Source of the DNA: Octopus vulgaris
Lineage: Eukaryota
Direction of reading: 5' to 3'
DNA length: 64,000 bases
NCBI GenBank assembly: GCA_951406725.2
Contig: OX597835.1
Coordinates: forward strand, 186,001 to 250,000
Notes under the pieces: model-generated
What the model was told of the DNA's origin: nothing
What the model saw: only the letters and a program-made list of their open reading frames with translations
Databases searched by the model: none
Translations under genes and position numbers: made by a program
Shown: positions 12,801-26,376 of the stretch, piece by piece
How the letters are laid out: each line of letters starts with the position of its first letter
Position numbering within the stretch: position 1 is the first letter of the stretch

Positions 12801-14354
12801 ATTTGGGCATCAAGCATGCCTTCATGCTTGTCTCACCATGGTGTCTGACAACCAGTGTTGATTTCTTTATGGCCCTATAACTTGGTAGTTCAGTAAAAGA
12901 GATCAATAAAATAAGTACCAGATTAAAAAAAAATATATATTTACTGCACTCAATTTGTGCAACTAAATCCTTCAAGCCCAGTGATTGAAACAAAAATTTA
13001 TATGCTCACACACACACACACACACACATCCATACACACACACACACTCTTACACACACACACATGCTCACAAAGACACACGCACACACACTATGTCCGT
13101 TTTTACAATGACATTAATGTTTGTTAACTTGCCTGTAAGAAGGCCACTGTCCAAACCCACTTTATTGATTTGATATAAAACAAATGGAACACGGTTTAAA
13201 TCCATGTAAAGAAGACTTTCTTTATAAGAACACCATTTCCATTGACCATTTATAACCGTCTGCTTTATCATCATCTTCTTTGTCATCATATTTGTGATTT
13301 ATATATACATACATATATATATATATATGTATATGTATAATATGATGATGATAATGTGACATTTGTTGCGATTGTCACCATTGTCAGACATTCGTCTTCG
13401 TTGTCATTGTCATCGTCTCCGTTGTCATGACTATTTTTATTGCTGACATCATTGTTTCGTCATTGTATTCAATGTTTGTTAGTAACGACCGTTGTCGTAG
13501 GTTGTTTCCGAGCCATCATCACCGTTCATCATTACAGTTGTCACATACATCACCGTATTCATCTTAGTCATCATCATCATCGTCGTCGTCATCGTCATCT
13601 CATGTTTGCCATCGGTTAATCTTGAGATGGGGTGGGGGGGTCAGAGGATATCATTATTTAGATCAGTGTTGTCATTGGTTATTACAGCCTCAATCTTCAA
13701 CACCACCACCACCACCCCATCACCACGCAAACACACTGCCCACACCATAATTACTACCTTGCATATCTTGGTCACTGCTACTGTCACAGCATAATCATTG
13801 GTGCCAACATCAAATAGCGCCACTATGCCCACCATCTCTAGCACTACCATGCCTGTGTCACTAAAAACCACCATTTCAATGTCGCTAGTACCACTGCCCT
13901 TATCTTGCTAGCACCACTGTGCACCACCACTGTGCACCAGTCTTATTAACATCCCACTCCCAACATTAGTGGCATCACCACCACCACCTCCACAATCATT
14001 TGCACCACCATGACTGCCACTACCACTTGTACACCGTCACCGCTACATGTACTCTTACCATCACACCACAACCACTATCACCACCATTACCATACCACAT
14101 TCATTACCACCACCACCATCATCATCATCATCGGCATCATTCTCTTCTAATAAGGGAGATTTCTGACTGCATGTTTAACAAATACAATGGCAGTGTGTTG
14201 AGAACATTGGAAATGAATCCATCAGATAGTAATTACCATGTTCCCTAAGGACCTTCAGTTTTCTAATAAAGTAATTAGCCATGTTAGTTTTTTAACATTT
14301 GCACAACAGACACTTCTAAAGAACACAAAATAATCATCATCATTGCCGTTGTTG

Positions 14355-14391
<37 letters not shown>

Positions 14392-14437
14392 TTGGAGTTA
14401 CCAGGTTTCGATGTGTCTTTTGCGAGCTCATGTTTAA

Positions 14438-14658
14438 CCCTTTAGCATTTAAACCGGCCATATCCGGCCAGAAGTATTCTGCCTGTTTTATGTTCAAACT
14501 GACCAGATCTGGTCTCTCACACCAACCCTACAATATCGTTTTAAAAATTAACAGCTACCTTATCAAAATCTCATAGCTACAAGATAATGCATGATTAGTT
14601 CAAAACAATGTGGATGAATAAGCATTAATTTTGGTGGAATAATGCAAACACTAAAGGG
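14438..14658. mobile_element. piggyBac-type MITE of ~220 bp. Copies at 25353-25571, 31030-31248, 44547-44753, 57480-57698
   Basis: TTAA duplications, termini CCCTTTAG / CTAAAGGG, five homologous copies. Confidence 0.85.
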
Positions 14659-15299
14659 TTAAGAGAAAAAAAAGCAATAATGGATTACTTTATGAATCAG
14701 ATGTTGTTTTTTTTTTGTTGTTGCACTTGTTGTCATATACAGAGGAGCCTTTCTTTTAGTATTTTGGTTTCTGCCCATTTAGTAGAAAAAAAAGACTTTT
14801 GCATTTGAATTTTTTTGCTGCCAGATAATTTTTTAAAACAAGGTCTGTAAAAATGATATCCACTAAAGTGGCTGTAGGAGGAGGAGGAGGCTCTGGCAGA
14901 AGTGGTATTATTATCTAACTTGTTCTGCCAACATTCCTGGCTTTTTGTTGTCAACTCTTAGCTGTTTTTATTTTTTTTTAAAGTTGGGGGTATTTTTATT
15001 CCTTTAAACTGTACATAAGAAATGTAAAAAAAAAACACCACCAAATTTTCGTTCAGATAGTTTCATTTGAAGAGGTGAAAATAACATTCAGATACTCACA
15101 CACACACACACACATGTGCACACACATAATGTAGCAGACAACTAAAATAATTTACAGGAAGAACACAAAAGACATACGAAAGGACACAAACATGCTCTTC
15201 TCCTTATCGGTTGTCAAACATCATCACAATTTCACCATGCACATATACATGCATGTGTGTGTGTGTATGTATGTATGTATACTTACAAAAATACATGCA

Positions 15300-15335
<36 letters not shown>

Positions 15336-15869
15336 GGATAAGAATATATCTAAAGATATATAACAGATCAGTGCTCAGACTGGATCAAATGGAATCTAGA
15401 CCAACAAGTGTAGGCTACAGGCAATATACCAGTTGGGCGAATGAAAATATAATAAAATATGTAGATATATATATATATATATATATAGAATAGGCAGTTT
15501 CCATCTACCATTTCCACTCACAAGAAATTGGTTGGCTCAAGGCTATGGTGGAAGGCACTTGCCATTGGAATTGTGATTGGTCAGTAATCTTCATGTGGAA
15601 TTTTTGTGGTCAACAAGCCATGGGGTTGTCTTTTGATGCTTCTTGATGCTGTGTAGTGAATGGTTGGAACCAGTTCACCTTAGCCCAGGTGAACATTAAC
15701 TAAACCCAGTACATTACAATCTCTAACCTACAAATGAGTTCTCCATATTCTATCCATCCTAATGCTTTTATGATAGATTCAGTTAATCTGAACTTGCTTT
15801 CACAAATGAATTTTGTTGAAGCAAATCCTTTTTTCCAAATTTACTGAATATTTGAAGATAATAGCCACA

Positions 15870-16350
15870 GGCGTGGTTGTGTTGTCAAAAAGTTTACTTC
15901 CCAGCCACAGAGTTTCATGTTCAGTTCACTGTATTACACAAGGAGCGGGGGTGGGGAGCAAATGACATATACTATAGCCCTAGGTCAAGCAAAGCCTTAT
16001 GAATGGATTTGGTTGATGGAAACTAAAAGAAGCCCATTGTGTGTGTATGTATGTGTGTGTGTGTGTGTATGTATGTGTGTGTGTGTATGTGTATGTGAGA
16101 GCATGTGAAAATTTGTGCCTCCTTGTCTTGACATTGCATCATAGTTGTAAACAAGTGTCACTTTCATACAAGCCGTGTCGTTCATTTCCAGTATTGCATA
16201 AAAACATGTCTGGTAAAGGGTAAATATTACCTTGCTTGGAAACAAGTGGGGGCTGGTGATAGGAAGGGCATCCAGCTGTAAAACATCTGCCTCAGTAAAC
16301 TCTGGCCGACCCATGCAAGCATGGAAAAGTAGATGTTAAAATGATGATTA
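15870..16350 (+). mobile_element. Same SINE head joined to an RTE-derived tail
   Basis: Head as at 17563. 3' end AGGAAGGGCATCCAGCTGTA..CCCATGCAAGCATGGAAAAG..GTTAAAATGATGAT matches the RTE LINE terminus at 20560-20693. Confidence 0.75.
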
Positions 16351-17562
16351 ATCCTATGCAGATTCTCATTTAACTACCCTTAGGTGGATTCTAATGATAA
16401 GCAGTGACTTTTTGTTTTTTAATGCTGAAGCATGAATAAGATTGACTGCAAATGAGAGGTGTCAACCAGTTTATCAAATCCCTGTTCTTTAACCCTGAGA
16501 TCAGCTTTGGTCAGAGGCGTTACAGCTATAATTAGGTCAGGGACTATAAATTGTCATATATCCTTCTTTTAAAGATAATAGGGTGTGATTTGAGGGAAAT
16601 CTAGCTGCTATTTCTAATAGGCCAAGCAGCTACATAAAGACTCTTGTCTCACAGCCATGTAGTACAATGAAAACTTTTGCTGTTTGTTCTTGTTCAATTT
16701 TGTTTGAGTTAATCTCCCAGGAAAGGTCTGTTAGTGAAGACAGATTAAATTTGTTCTGGAAGAGAAAGCAAGCTTGATACTTCGAGACTAATTAATTTGT
16801 TTCTGCCGTTGTCTTCTGTGAATGGAATGTTGTTCTTAGATGCTTTTGTGCTTGACCAGTTGGATTGCAGATTAGTGGATAGCACTGAAGTCAGTCGTTT
16901 CATTTATCTTCTGTGATTCAATCAAAACACAACGAAGGTGAGAAATAGCTCTGACATGTGGGTGTAGGTAGTTGTTTTTTAAAAAAAATTTTTGTTTACA
17001 TGGGACTGCTTATAAATTTTAAGGTGGTATTGATCAAGTGATTAAGGCACATAACAGTGCATATTGTGTTTTTGAGTTCAAATCTTATTCGTACAAATAT
17101 AATGATGTTTCTGTGAGCAGAGCACAAAATTCTGCTTCCTACAGTTTACTTGAATTATTCCACCAAAAAAAAAAAAACCTTCTCTGACTTCACAGTTGGT
17201 TGGTAACCAGTTGCTCCAAGCATGGAAAAAATGTTTTACAGTAAATAAGTATATATAAAACCTAAAAAAAAAAATTAATTTAACCAGGACTTTTCTTTTA
17301 TATGTCTTATGTAGCTGATGTGAGGATGATGATGCATATCTAATTGTGCACATATCACCAGCATAATAAAAAAAATTCAAATTAAAAAAATCACCTGAAT
17401 ATTTAGGGGTCGTAGTTTGTGATACCAAAATGTGAACTGAACTGCTGACTCCTTGCCACTCCACATTTAGTCATCCCTCCCAAATAACCAGATAGATAGG
17501 CCCAGAACAACACAACAGCAATCTTAACACTTACCACTCATTTCTAACAAACATGAAAACTA

Positions 17563-17758
17563 TGGCGTAAGGGCGGCTGAGTGGTAAGTAGCTTGCTTAC
17601 CAACCACATGGTTCCGGGTTCAGTCCCACTGCATGGCACCTTGGGCAAGTGACTTCTACTATAGCCTCAGGCTAACCAAAGCCTTGTGAGTGGATTTGGT
17701 AGACAGAAACTGAAAGAAGCCTGTCGTATACATGAATATATATGTATGTATATATATG

Positions 17759-17818
<60 letters not shown>

Positions 17819-18060
17819 GAAAACGGACGCTAAACGATGATGATGATGATGATGTATATGTTTGTGTGTCTGTGTTTATCCCCCCAACATCGCTTGACAA
17901 CCAATGCTGGTGTGTTTATATCCCCGTAACCTAGCGGTTCAGCAAAAGAGACTGATAGAATAAGTACTAGGCTCACAAAGAGTAAGTCCTGGGGTCGATT
18001 TGCTTGACTAAAGGTGGTGCTCCAGCATGGCCACAGTCAAATTACTGAAACAAGTAAAAA
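17563..18060 (+). mobile_element. tRNA-derived SINE family with CCTTGGGCAAG core and internal (TA/TG)n. Other copies at about 3235-3605(-), 5741-6132(-), 20823-21180(+), 29570-29925(+), 50655-51025(-), 51836-53150(+), 54612-54955(-), 63527-63820(+)
   Basis: Shared head GGCTG.GTGGTAAG..GGGTTCAGTCCCACTG..CACCTTGGGCAAGTG, internal microsatellite, and in most copies the tail GCTCCAGCATGGCC.CAGTC..ACTGAAACAAGTAAAA. Confidence 0.85.
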
Positions 18061-19012
18061 AAGGAGCATGAACACGAGAAATATCATTCATATTTGCCTC
18101 AAATTAATTCCATCATTAAAATTTTGTGTCCTTATTCCATGCTGAGATGGATAGGACAGTTTGACAGGATCCAACAATCTCGAGAACTAGATTATGCTCC
18201 ATAATCAACTCTTAACTCTGACACGGTTTCTACAACTGGATGCCCTTCCTAACTCCAACCACTTTACAGTGTGTACTGGGTGCTCTTTCTCTTTTTGTGA
18301 CACCAGCATCAGTGAGGTCGCAAAAACCATGAACCTTGACAGAGGTAGCTTTATGCTGGAGCAGAATGATTTCTTGCTGTAGCAGAGCTACATGGCTTTT
18401 CACGATTTAGGAGAGAGGGTGGGGATGATTGAAGTACAACTGAGGAGAGATAAAAATAGTGGTAATGAGGGTGTTTGTGTGGACCCTCATGGTATGAGGT
18501 GAATAGGAGGGAATGAGAAAAATGGAATATATGTTGTCAGAATAAAGATGGGAACAGTGGCGGCATCATCTTTGATTTGGACTCAGCTCAGTCAAAAAAT
18601 GACCTGGGGCTATATCTTCATATGTATTTGAATAAAAGACAACCTAAACTACTCCAATATAAACAGGGACCGTCTTTGATCCCTGTTTCACTGACACAAT
18701 AAGCTACCCCTGGAAATGGAGATTTAAAAGAATTTTTTTTTTTACTGCAATCAGAAGAAATATTGAGCTCTGGCTTAGAACTCCAATCTGTCTTTTAACA
18801 ATTCTGAAACTGGCTCTTTTCCAGCTGACCATGTATTTTAGGTCAATAGTTCTTAAACTGCAAAAATAAAATTCATTTAACAAAAATAAAAAAATACAAG
18901 CTGAAATTCACGTTGCTCCAGTTCACCCAGCTGTAGAAATGAAGAAATGAGTTGTGATGTCACTGGTGCCAAACAGTATCACCCTTTGCCTTTTTCTTGG
19001 ATAACATCGGTG

Positions 19013-20693
19013 AAGTTCCAGGTGTGAAAGGAGGGATTAGAATCGAGGGGCCTTAGAGTCAACTTAACTAAAACCAAAGTACTAATAAGTAGGAAGGTAG
19101 ACAAACCACAAATGCCATCAGGTAGATGGTCCTGCTCGATCTGTAGAAAAGGTGTAAGTAGAAACTCTATAAGATGTACCCAGTGTAAGCTATGGACACA
19201 TAAGAGGTGCAGCAATGTCAAAGGAAGGCTAACTGGGAAGATAGTTTTTGTATGTGGCAGATGCTCAGGAGCAATAAACTCTGAAAATCTGCAGAAAACA
19301 ACTTCCGTCACTTTCCAGGGGGAAAAACTAAAAGTAGTTGATAGCTTCCGTTATCTAGGTGACCAAGTCAGTAGTGGGGGTGGGTGTGCTGAAAGTGTAA
19401 CTGCTAGAGTAAGAATAGCCTGGGCAAAGTTCAGGGAGCTCTTACCTCTGCTGGTGACTAAAGGCCTCTCGCTCAGAGTAAAAGGCAGACTGTATGATGC
19501 ATGTGTACGAACAGCCATGCTACATGGCAGTGAAACATGGGCCATGACTGCTGAGGACATGCGTAAGCTCGCGAGGAATGAAGCCAGTATGCTCCGATGG
19601 ATGTGTAATGTCAGTGTGCATACTCGACAGTGTTAGTACCTTGAGAGAAATGTTGGACCTAAGAAGCATCAGCTGTGGTGTGCAAGAGAGACGATTGCGC
19701 TGGTATGGATGAAGATAGGTGTGTGAAAAAGTTCCAATCCCTAGCAGTTGAGGGAACCCGTGGAAGAGATAGACCCAGGAAAACCTGGGACGAGGTGGTG
19801 AAGCACGACCTTCGAACTTTAGGCCTCACCAAGGCAATGACCAGCGACCGAGACCTTTGGAAATATGCTGTGTGTGAGAAGACCAGACAGGACAAGTGAG
19901 TCCAGCCCACTTATGCATGTCTTTCCTCCCTTGGGCACACAAAGACCTGTTGAGGCAAGCGAAGTCGAAATTGAACCTCATCCGACGACAGGCACCCATG
20001 CCAACCTCCCTTCATTGGACACTAAACTCTGCTTGAGAAGACCTGTTGGGGCAAGTGAAATCGGAATCGGAATCGAAATTGAACCAATCCTATGACTGGC
20101 ACCCGGCAGTTGCCAGGACCGCTGGACTGACTCCTGTGCAGGTGGCAAGTGAAGAAACACCATTTCGACCCTGTGCTTGAGGAGATCCATTGAGTCAAGT
20201 ACACCGACATCAAAATCAATGGAAACTGCAGTTGTGATCCCTGAGCCGGTGGCACGTAAACAGCACCATCTGAAGGTGGCGATGCCATCGCCGCCTAGAC
20301 TGGCTTCCATGCCGGTGGCACGTAAAAAGCGCTATCCGAATCGTGGCCGATGCCAGCATCGTCTCGACTGGCTTCCGTGCCGGTGGCACGTAAAAAGCAC
20401 CATCCGAATCGTGGCCGATGCCAGTGCCGCCTCGACTGGCTTCCGTGCTGGTGGCACGTAAAATGCACCAATCCGACCGTGGCCGTTGCCAGCCTCACCT
20501 GGCACCTGTGCAGTTGGCACGTAAAAAGCACCCACTACACTCATGGAGTGGTTGGCGTTAGGAAGAGCATCCAGCTGTAGAAACACTGCCAGATCAGACT
20601 GGAGCCTGGTGCAGCCTTCTGGCTTCCCAGATCCCCAGTCGAACCGTCCAAACCATGCTAGCATGGAGAACGGACGTTAAACGATGATGATGA
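19013..20693 (+). mobile_element. 5'-truncated RTE-clade LINE (RT C-terminus with PHD finger, repeat-containing 3'UTR, (GAT)n tail)
   Basis: GLRVNLTKTKV, VDSFRYLGD, RVRIAWAKFREL, LYDACVRTAMLHGSETW, RGRDRPRKTW. Contains stops and frameshifts. Ends GGACGTTAAACGATGATGATGAT. Confidence 0.92.
20246..20530 (+). repeat. 68-bp tandem repeat in the RTE 3'UTR
   Basis: GC(C/T)GGTGGCACGTAAAA recurs at 20311, 20379 and 20447 (period 68), with degenerate units on either side. Confidence 0.85.
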
Positions 20694-20976
20694 TATAAAA
20701 CAGTGACACATAATTTAGTCCAGGTGGATCAACATTGGTCCATACCAAAGTTTTCGTTTTCTACTGTGGGTTTTATGTTTTATGTTGCATAATGCAATTA
20801 AAAGTAAATTTATATTAGGTACAGGCATGGCTGTATGATTAAGAAGTTTACTTCCCAACCATGGTCGTTTCAGGTTCAATCTCACTGTGCAGTATCTGGG
20901 CATGTGTCTTTAACTATAGCCCTAGTGGATTTGGTGTATGGAAACTGAAAGGAGCCTGTCATGTATGTATCTATGC

Positions 20977-21007
<31 letters not shown>

Positions 21008-24000
21008 GTTAACATCCATGTTCTGTATATGTATATGGCTGCATGTATGTGTTTCTCTCTCCCTTCTCTACCTTTCTCTATCTTTGCTTGTGCGATTGTT
21101 GTAAATGAGTGTCACTGTCATACAAGTGGTGTCGTACAGCAAAACAGCTGTAGAAAATCTGTCTCAATAAATTTCTGTCCCCCCTCATATTCTTTTTGTT
21201 CCTAGTAAAGGGTACTGTGTGTAGAAAAATACAAGAGACTCACTGCTGCAGAAAATATCTGTAGATTGTTCATTGCTACATGAGTTAAATTAATCTATAA
21301 GTCTGCAGATCTGTGTGTATGTTGTTTAGTGACTTTATACACACACATTTATATATTGATTGTTTATTTACTCTGGTAAATAAAATATGATTTCCCTCGC
21401 CAACAAAGAGAACATCTATGCAATCAGTCAACATACTAGAAATAACAACCAAATCTCTGTCAAATTAACATGGCTGTCTTAGAAATGAAAATAAAAAACA
21501 GGGTGGTCACAGATGGAATGATTTTGATTACAATTCTGTTCAATCTGATGTCCTCTTATTAACTGTGGAATGATTATCATCATCATCATTGTCGTCATCG
21601 TCGTCGTTTAACGTCTGTTTTCCATGCTGGCATGGGTTGGACGGTTATGTTACTTAATATTTATGGTTTTTATTATTCAGTATATCTCCTCTTTAAGAGT
21701 CAGTCATTTGAGGGAGATTTGGCTGCTATATTTTCATGTTGACCATGTAGATACTCTCTTGTTGATTCCTTATAGTGCTTCTTGCATATGATTTCCATTT
21801 TAGAAATGTAAAAGGTGATATTAGTGAAAGATTTGGCTGCTCATTTGAATTGCATATAACTCCATAAAGTCAGTCTCCTTCGCTGTCCTGTCTATGTCGA
21901 TGCCACTAGAGATGAACATTAAAGAACTACATAGCAAAGCAAACACAACACACTCTGATTGCTACACCACAATACATGACAGTCTACAATACACAAAAGC
22001 AGGTGGGGTTTACATAAATCAAAGGGAGACACAGCCACATTAAAGGATATAACAAAGGATGTATAATAGAAATTAGAGAAATAAGTAATTAACAATGATG
22101 TTAATTGTAATAGTAAAGAAAGTTGATCAAGATTCAAGGTAAAGTGAAAAAAAAAATAATTTTGAACGTTGTATGTTAATCGTTACACAATCTAGTTTGC
22201 AGAGGTGTTGGTGATATAACAAATCGAATAGTTGTTCGCATTAATTATTATCATACATTTTGATTAAAAAGAAAATAAAAATGGGTTAATACTTTCATGT
22301 TAACCTTATATTATCTGATAGAGTGTCAAGTTGACATCTCTATCTGTCGACAGTCATTTGGTGTTCTTTGTGTGGTGGATGTCGATCAGTCTTGTTTGCA
22401 GCCCTCATTTTGTCCGAATGAGTAGAAGTCAATGTGGACAAGTTAATAAAGTGTTAGACATTTCACAAAAGAAAAAACTGGTTTAGTATTTATTTATAAT
22501 CAGTTATGTTTTCAGTCAACTGTTTGATAATGTAAAGCTAAAATGCCGTGAAGCAGCATTTCAGTTTCGTTACCCAAAGCACGTATGTTTGATTGCATCA
22601 TAATAGACAGACATCAAGTTTGTTTCATCACTTCATTTAACATCCGTTTTCCATACTGGCATGGGCTGGATGGTTCAACAGGCTGGCAAGTCAGAAGACT
22701 GCACCAAACCCTACTGCCTACTTCAGCACAGTTTCTCTGGCTGAATGCCTTTCCTAACACAACCACTTTACAAACTGAACTGGTTTTATATTTACAACTA
22801 TTTTAAAGTTATAAAACCCTCCAATTATATATTTTTAAAATTTGGTTTGCAAGAGTTTTGATCTGAAAATTATGAGTTGAAAACACAATTTGTTATATTT
22901 GAGAAGTCATAATTGAAAAAAAAACACCTATAAGCACGCTAATCAGTTGTTGCTTGCCTATATTTCACTGCTCTTTCATTTTCAAAACTGCCGATGCTTG
23001 TTTATGTTTTTCAAAATATTTTTTGCTCCACTAATCTGTAGCTTTCTCAATAGAAAAATCAAATATTGACAAACAACAACTGGCTACGATGATGAATGCT
23101 TGAGTTGATTCAATCAATGGAACAACCTGCTCATGAAATTAACATGAAAGTGACTGAGCACTCTGCAGACAGGTGTACCTTGAATGTAGTTCCCAGGGAA
23201 ATTCAGTGTGACACAGAATATGACAAGGTTAGCTTGTCAGCTGGGTGGGCTGGAGTAACATGAAATAAAATGTTTTACTGAAGGATACAGTGTGTTACTG
23301 AGAATCAAGCACATGACCTTACAATCGTGAAGTAAATACCCTAACTACTAAGCTACAATTTGTATAAATCTAAGTAGCCCCCTGTGAATTATACCATTCT
23401 TGGGTGGAATCAAGCTTCTGTCGTTCTCTAGTTTGAAGCCAACAAATATTACAAATGGGAGAAAGGATCAACATCATGAATTAAGACATTGAATATTTGC
23501 AGTACTGTGTAGTAAAGTTGTAAAACCAAAAGAAATTGAGGTTTTTTTTTTGTTTTTCAATTTCTATAAAACTAATTAATTCTACTGCTCATGCTAACAC
23601 ACACACACACACATACAGTACACATACACACACACACATACACGTGCACGTCCTTTAGGAGAGTCCTCGATTCACTGACTCAGTAAGTAAACCATTATCT
23701 CTCCTGTGTTTGACTGTTTCCACTGTGAGTAACAGTAGGTCATCTAAGGTTAAATATCTGTAAATACCATGACAGTCTACTTTGTAACTGTAATTAATTT
23801 AATGCAAGCCAGCAGTTCTTAGTAATTGACTAAAGTGATTCAATGTTTTAATTTAAAAAAGTAAAAAGTTTAAAAGACATTGACATAAACACAAAGCAAA
23901 AAAAGCAATTTAACTGTCCAGAACCAACCCAATAAAATTTTTCTTTAACACATATCTTTTTCTAAGAAATTCCATTCATTCGGAGCCTAAGAATCTCTGT

Positions 24001-25848
24001 GTTGACCTTTTGAATAATTGTCTTTTTTTAAATCAATTCTTATTCACGGTGTAATTTAGATGTGGCTGACTGGACTTTAGTTCCAAATCCAAGTGCCATA
24101 AGGTATACATAAGCTCTTAGCAACTTGAAATTGGCCTGCAGACTCAGGCAGCATGTCATTCATATCACTGAAGTTCTTGACAGGTGCAATCCCATGGTCA
24201 GTCATGACTGAAGGTGGTCTCAAAATTCCATACTGTTATCAGCTGGATGGTTTGACAGGATCCAACAGATTAGAGAACCATGCCTTACTGCAATGTCACA
24301 GTTTTGGCATTGTTTCTACAGCTGGATGCCCTTTTCATTACCAATCACTTTATATGGTATACTGGATACATTTGTTTTTTTTTTTCTTTTGTGGCACCAG
24401 CACCATAAAGGTTGTCTTACTATCAGCAAGATTAACGAACCCTCTCAAACTCTGCATCAGCATCATCACAGCTCTATTTGACTTACCAACCATTTACTGA
24501 GTGTACTGCATGCTTTTTAGTGGCACCAGCACTAGTGGGGTGTCCTTGTATCTCCCAAGGCGAAAGAGATGAATGGAACAGATTTATTGTCATGCTGCTC
24601 TCTTGCAAGACACATATTTCTGTTCCTCTATTCATAACTTCTCATCACCCGTCACTAAGCCACCTCCCTCAATACTGTTCCCACTTCAGTTTAGGGGTTT
24701 TGTCTTGCAAGTTACTTGCTGATCTCACTATTTCTGGTATCACATAAAAAAGCATCCATTACACTCTGTAAAGTGGTTGTCATTAGGAAGGGCATGGAAC
24801 CATAGAAACTATGCAAAAGCCAACAGTGGTGCTTGGCACAGCCTTCTGACCTGCCAGCTCCTGTCAAACCATCCAACCATGCCAGCATGGAGGGAGGATG
24901 TTAAAAGATGATGATGATGATGAGAGGATGGTAGCAGAGGAAGTAAGGATGTTGTTTTTAAGTATTTTTACTCGTTCAAAAAATTATTTATTTTGATTTA
25001 TCTGGTGAAAGCAAAATTATATTTTCTTTTTATTTTCTGTCAGTCTGTTTACTAAAAGATCAGTAGCGTTGTTCGTAAACCTTTGTTATCAATAGCCGTC
25101 TGTCTTACCTACAAAAGAGAACTATATCAGCCAAAGGAGAAACTTGCGTTAACATTAAAGACTCCTGCTTTGATCAAAAAGACAGAAAGTCATCATCTTG
25201 AAATATTTGACCTTAAACAAACTTCAGTCTTGCATAGAGAAGTGTGGGGATGTGGTGTAAGGTGGAGGATTGGCAGTACTTGTTATCGTTTGAAGATCCC
25301 AGACTTGTAAAATCAATATAGTTGGTGTGCAATTTGAACTGCTGAAGATTAATCGTTTAGCATTTAAACCAGCAAAACCTGGCCAAAATATTCTACCCAT
25401 TTTATGTACACAGTGGCCAGATTTGACTTCTCACACCAACCCTATAATGTCATTCTAAAAATTAACAGTTAACTCATCAAAATCTCAAAGCTACAAGATA
25501 ATGAACGATTAATTAAAAACAATATGAATAAACTCATATTACTTTTGACAGAAAAATGTGAATGCTAAAGGTTAACAAAAACTTTGTATGTGGTGTCGGT
25601 TGTAGGGCAGTGCTAAGGTGTAAGGTCTTTGCTTTTTTTTTTGAGAGGGAAGATTTGAAAATGTTTTTTTTTTTACTTAGGGCAGAGTTTCCTGCAAGTG
25701 AGGAAAATTAATAGTGATGAGTTAAGAAACAGCTGGAACATGAGATGGATGGAAATAAATGGAGTCTGGTAGTTCAAAGATGAAGCTGCTATATTTGTAG
25801 GTGGAGACTGGAGAAAACTTAGCATGCTTGTGAATTAGTGGATATTAA

Positions 25849-25975
25849 CCTTTGGCACACTTAGGTGCATCATCACTGTACAAATTTTCTCCCCTTTAGC
25901 TGTAGGCACAAAGTGTCACATTGAGAGAAAAGCAAACTTATATGGCAAATTGATGCACTTACAGCATGCTAAAGG
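25849..25975. mobile_element. Small TTAA-flanked palindromic MITE
   Basis: TTAA|CCTTTGGCA..GTGCATCA and TGATGCAC..TGCTAAAGG|TTAA inverted ends. Confidence 0.6.
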
Positions 25976-26155
25976 TTAAGACATGGACTACATTGTGTGT
26001 TAACGTCTTTTTAACAGAACATCGTCTGGTTGAGCTTGCTTAAACATTTTTAACGCATGCATGTTATCCATTTCAATCCTGTATTTGTTGAGGGAGGTTT
26101 TTGGGGAGCCATCCAGTGTCTCTGGTAGCTGATCTACATATGTTGTGTTCAGATG

Positions 26156-26376
26156 GACATTGTTGTAGAGCTGAAAAAGAAGTAATTTCTACTCTTCTCC
26201 TCTGGAAGCCATCTACTCGCAATACCAGAGGGCGCACACTCTCCTACCCTGATGTAATCTCCAGGGATACAGGCATCCAGTAACAGGACCTCCGTAATGC
26301 TATGATGGACCGTGAAGTCTGGCGTAACATAGTAAATTCCATTGTCTCGACCACGGTCGAACAATGATGATGATGA
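26156..26376 (+). mobile_element. RTE-X-like LINE 3' fragment with 7-bp TSD, inside an older antisense RTE-X remnant (about 26100-26580)
   Basis: GHCCRAEKEVISTLLLWKP..SYPDVISRDTG..DREVWR, (GAT)n tail, TSD TCAGATG (26149-26155 and 26377-26383). Flanks read DLLLWMPKH..TYVDQL on the minus strand. Confidence 0.75.

Noticed and set aside
20246-20530. CRISPR-like array
   Set aside because: The intervening sequences are themselves repeated. It is a tandem repeat in a LINE 3'UTR in eukaryotic DNA.
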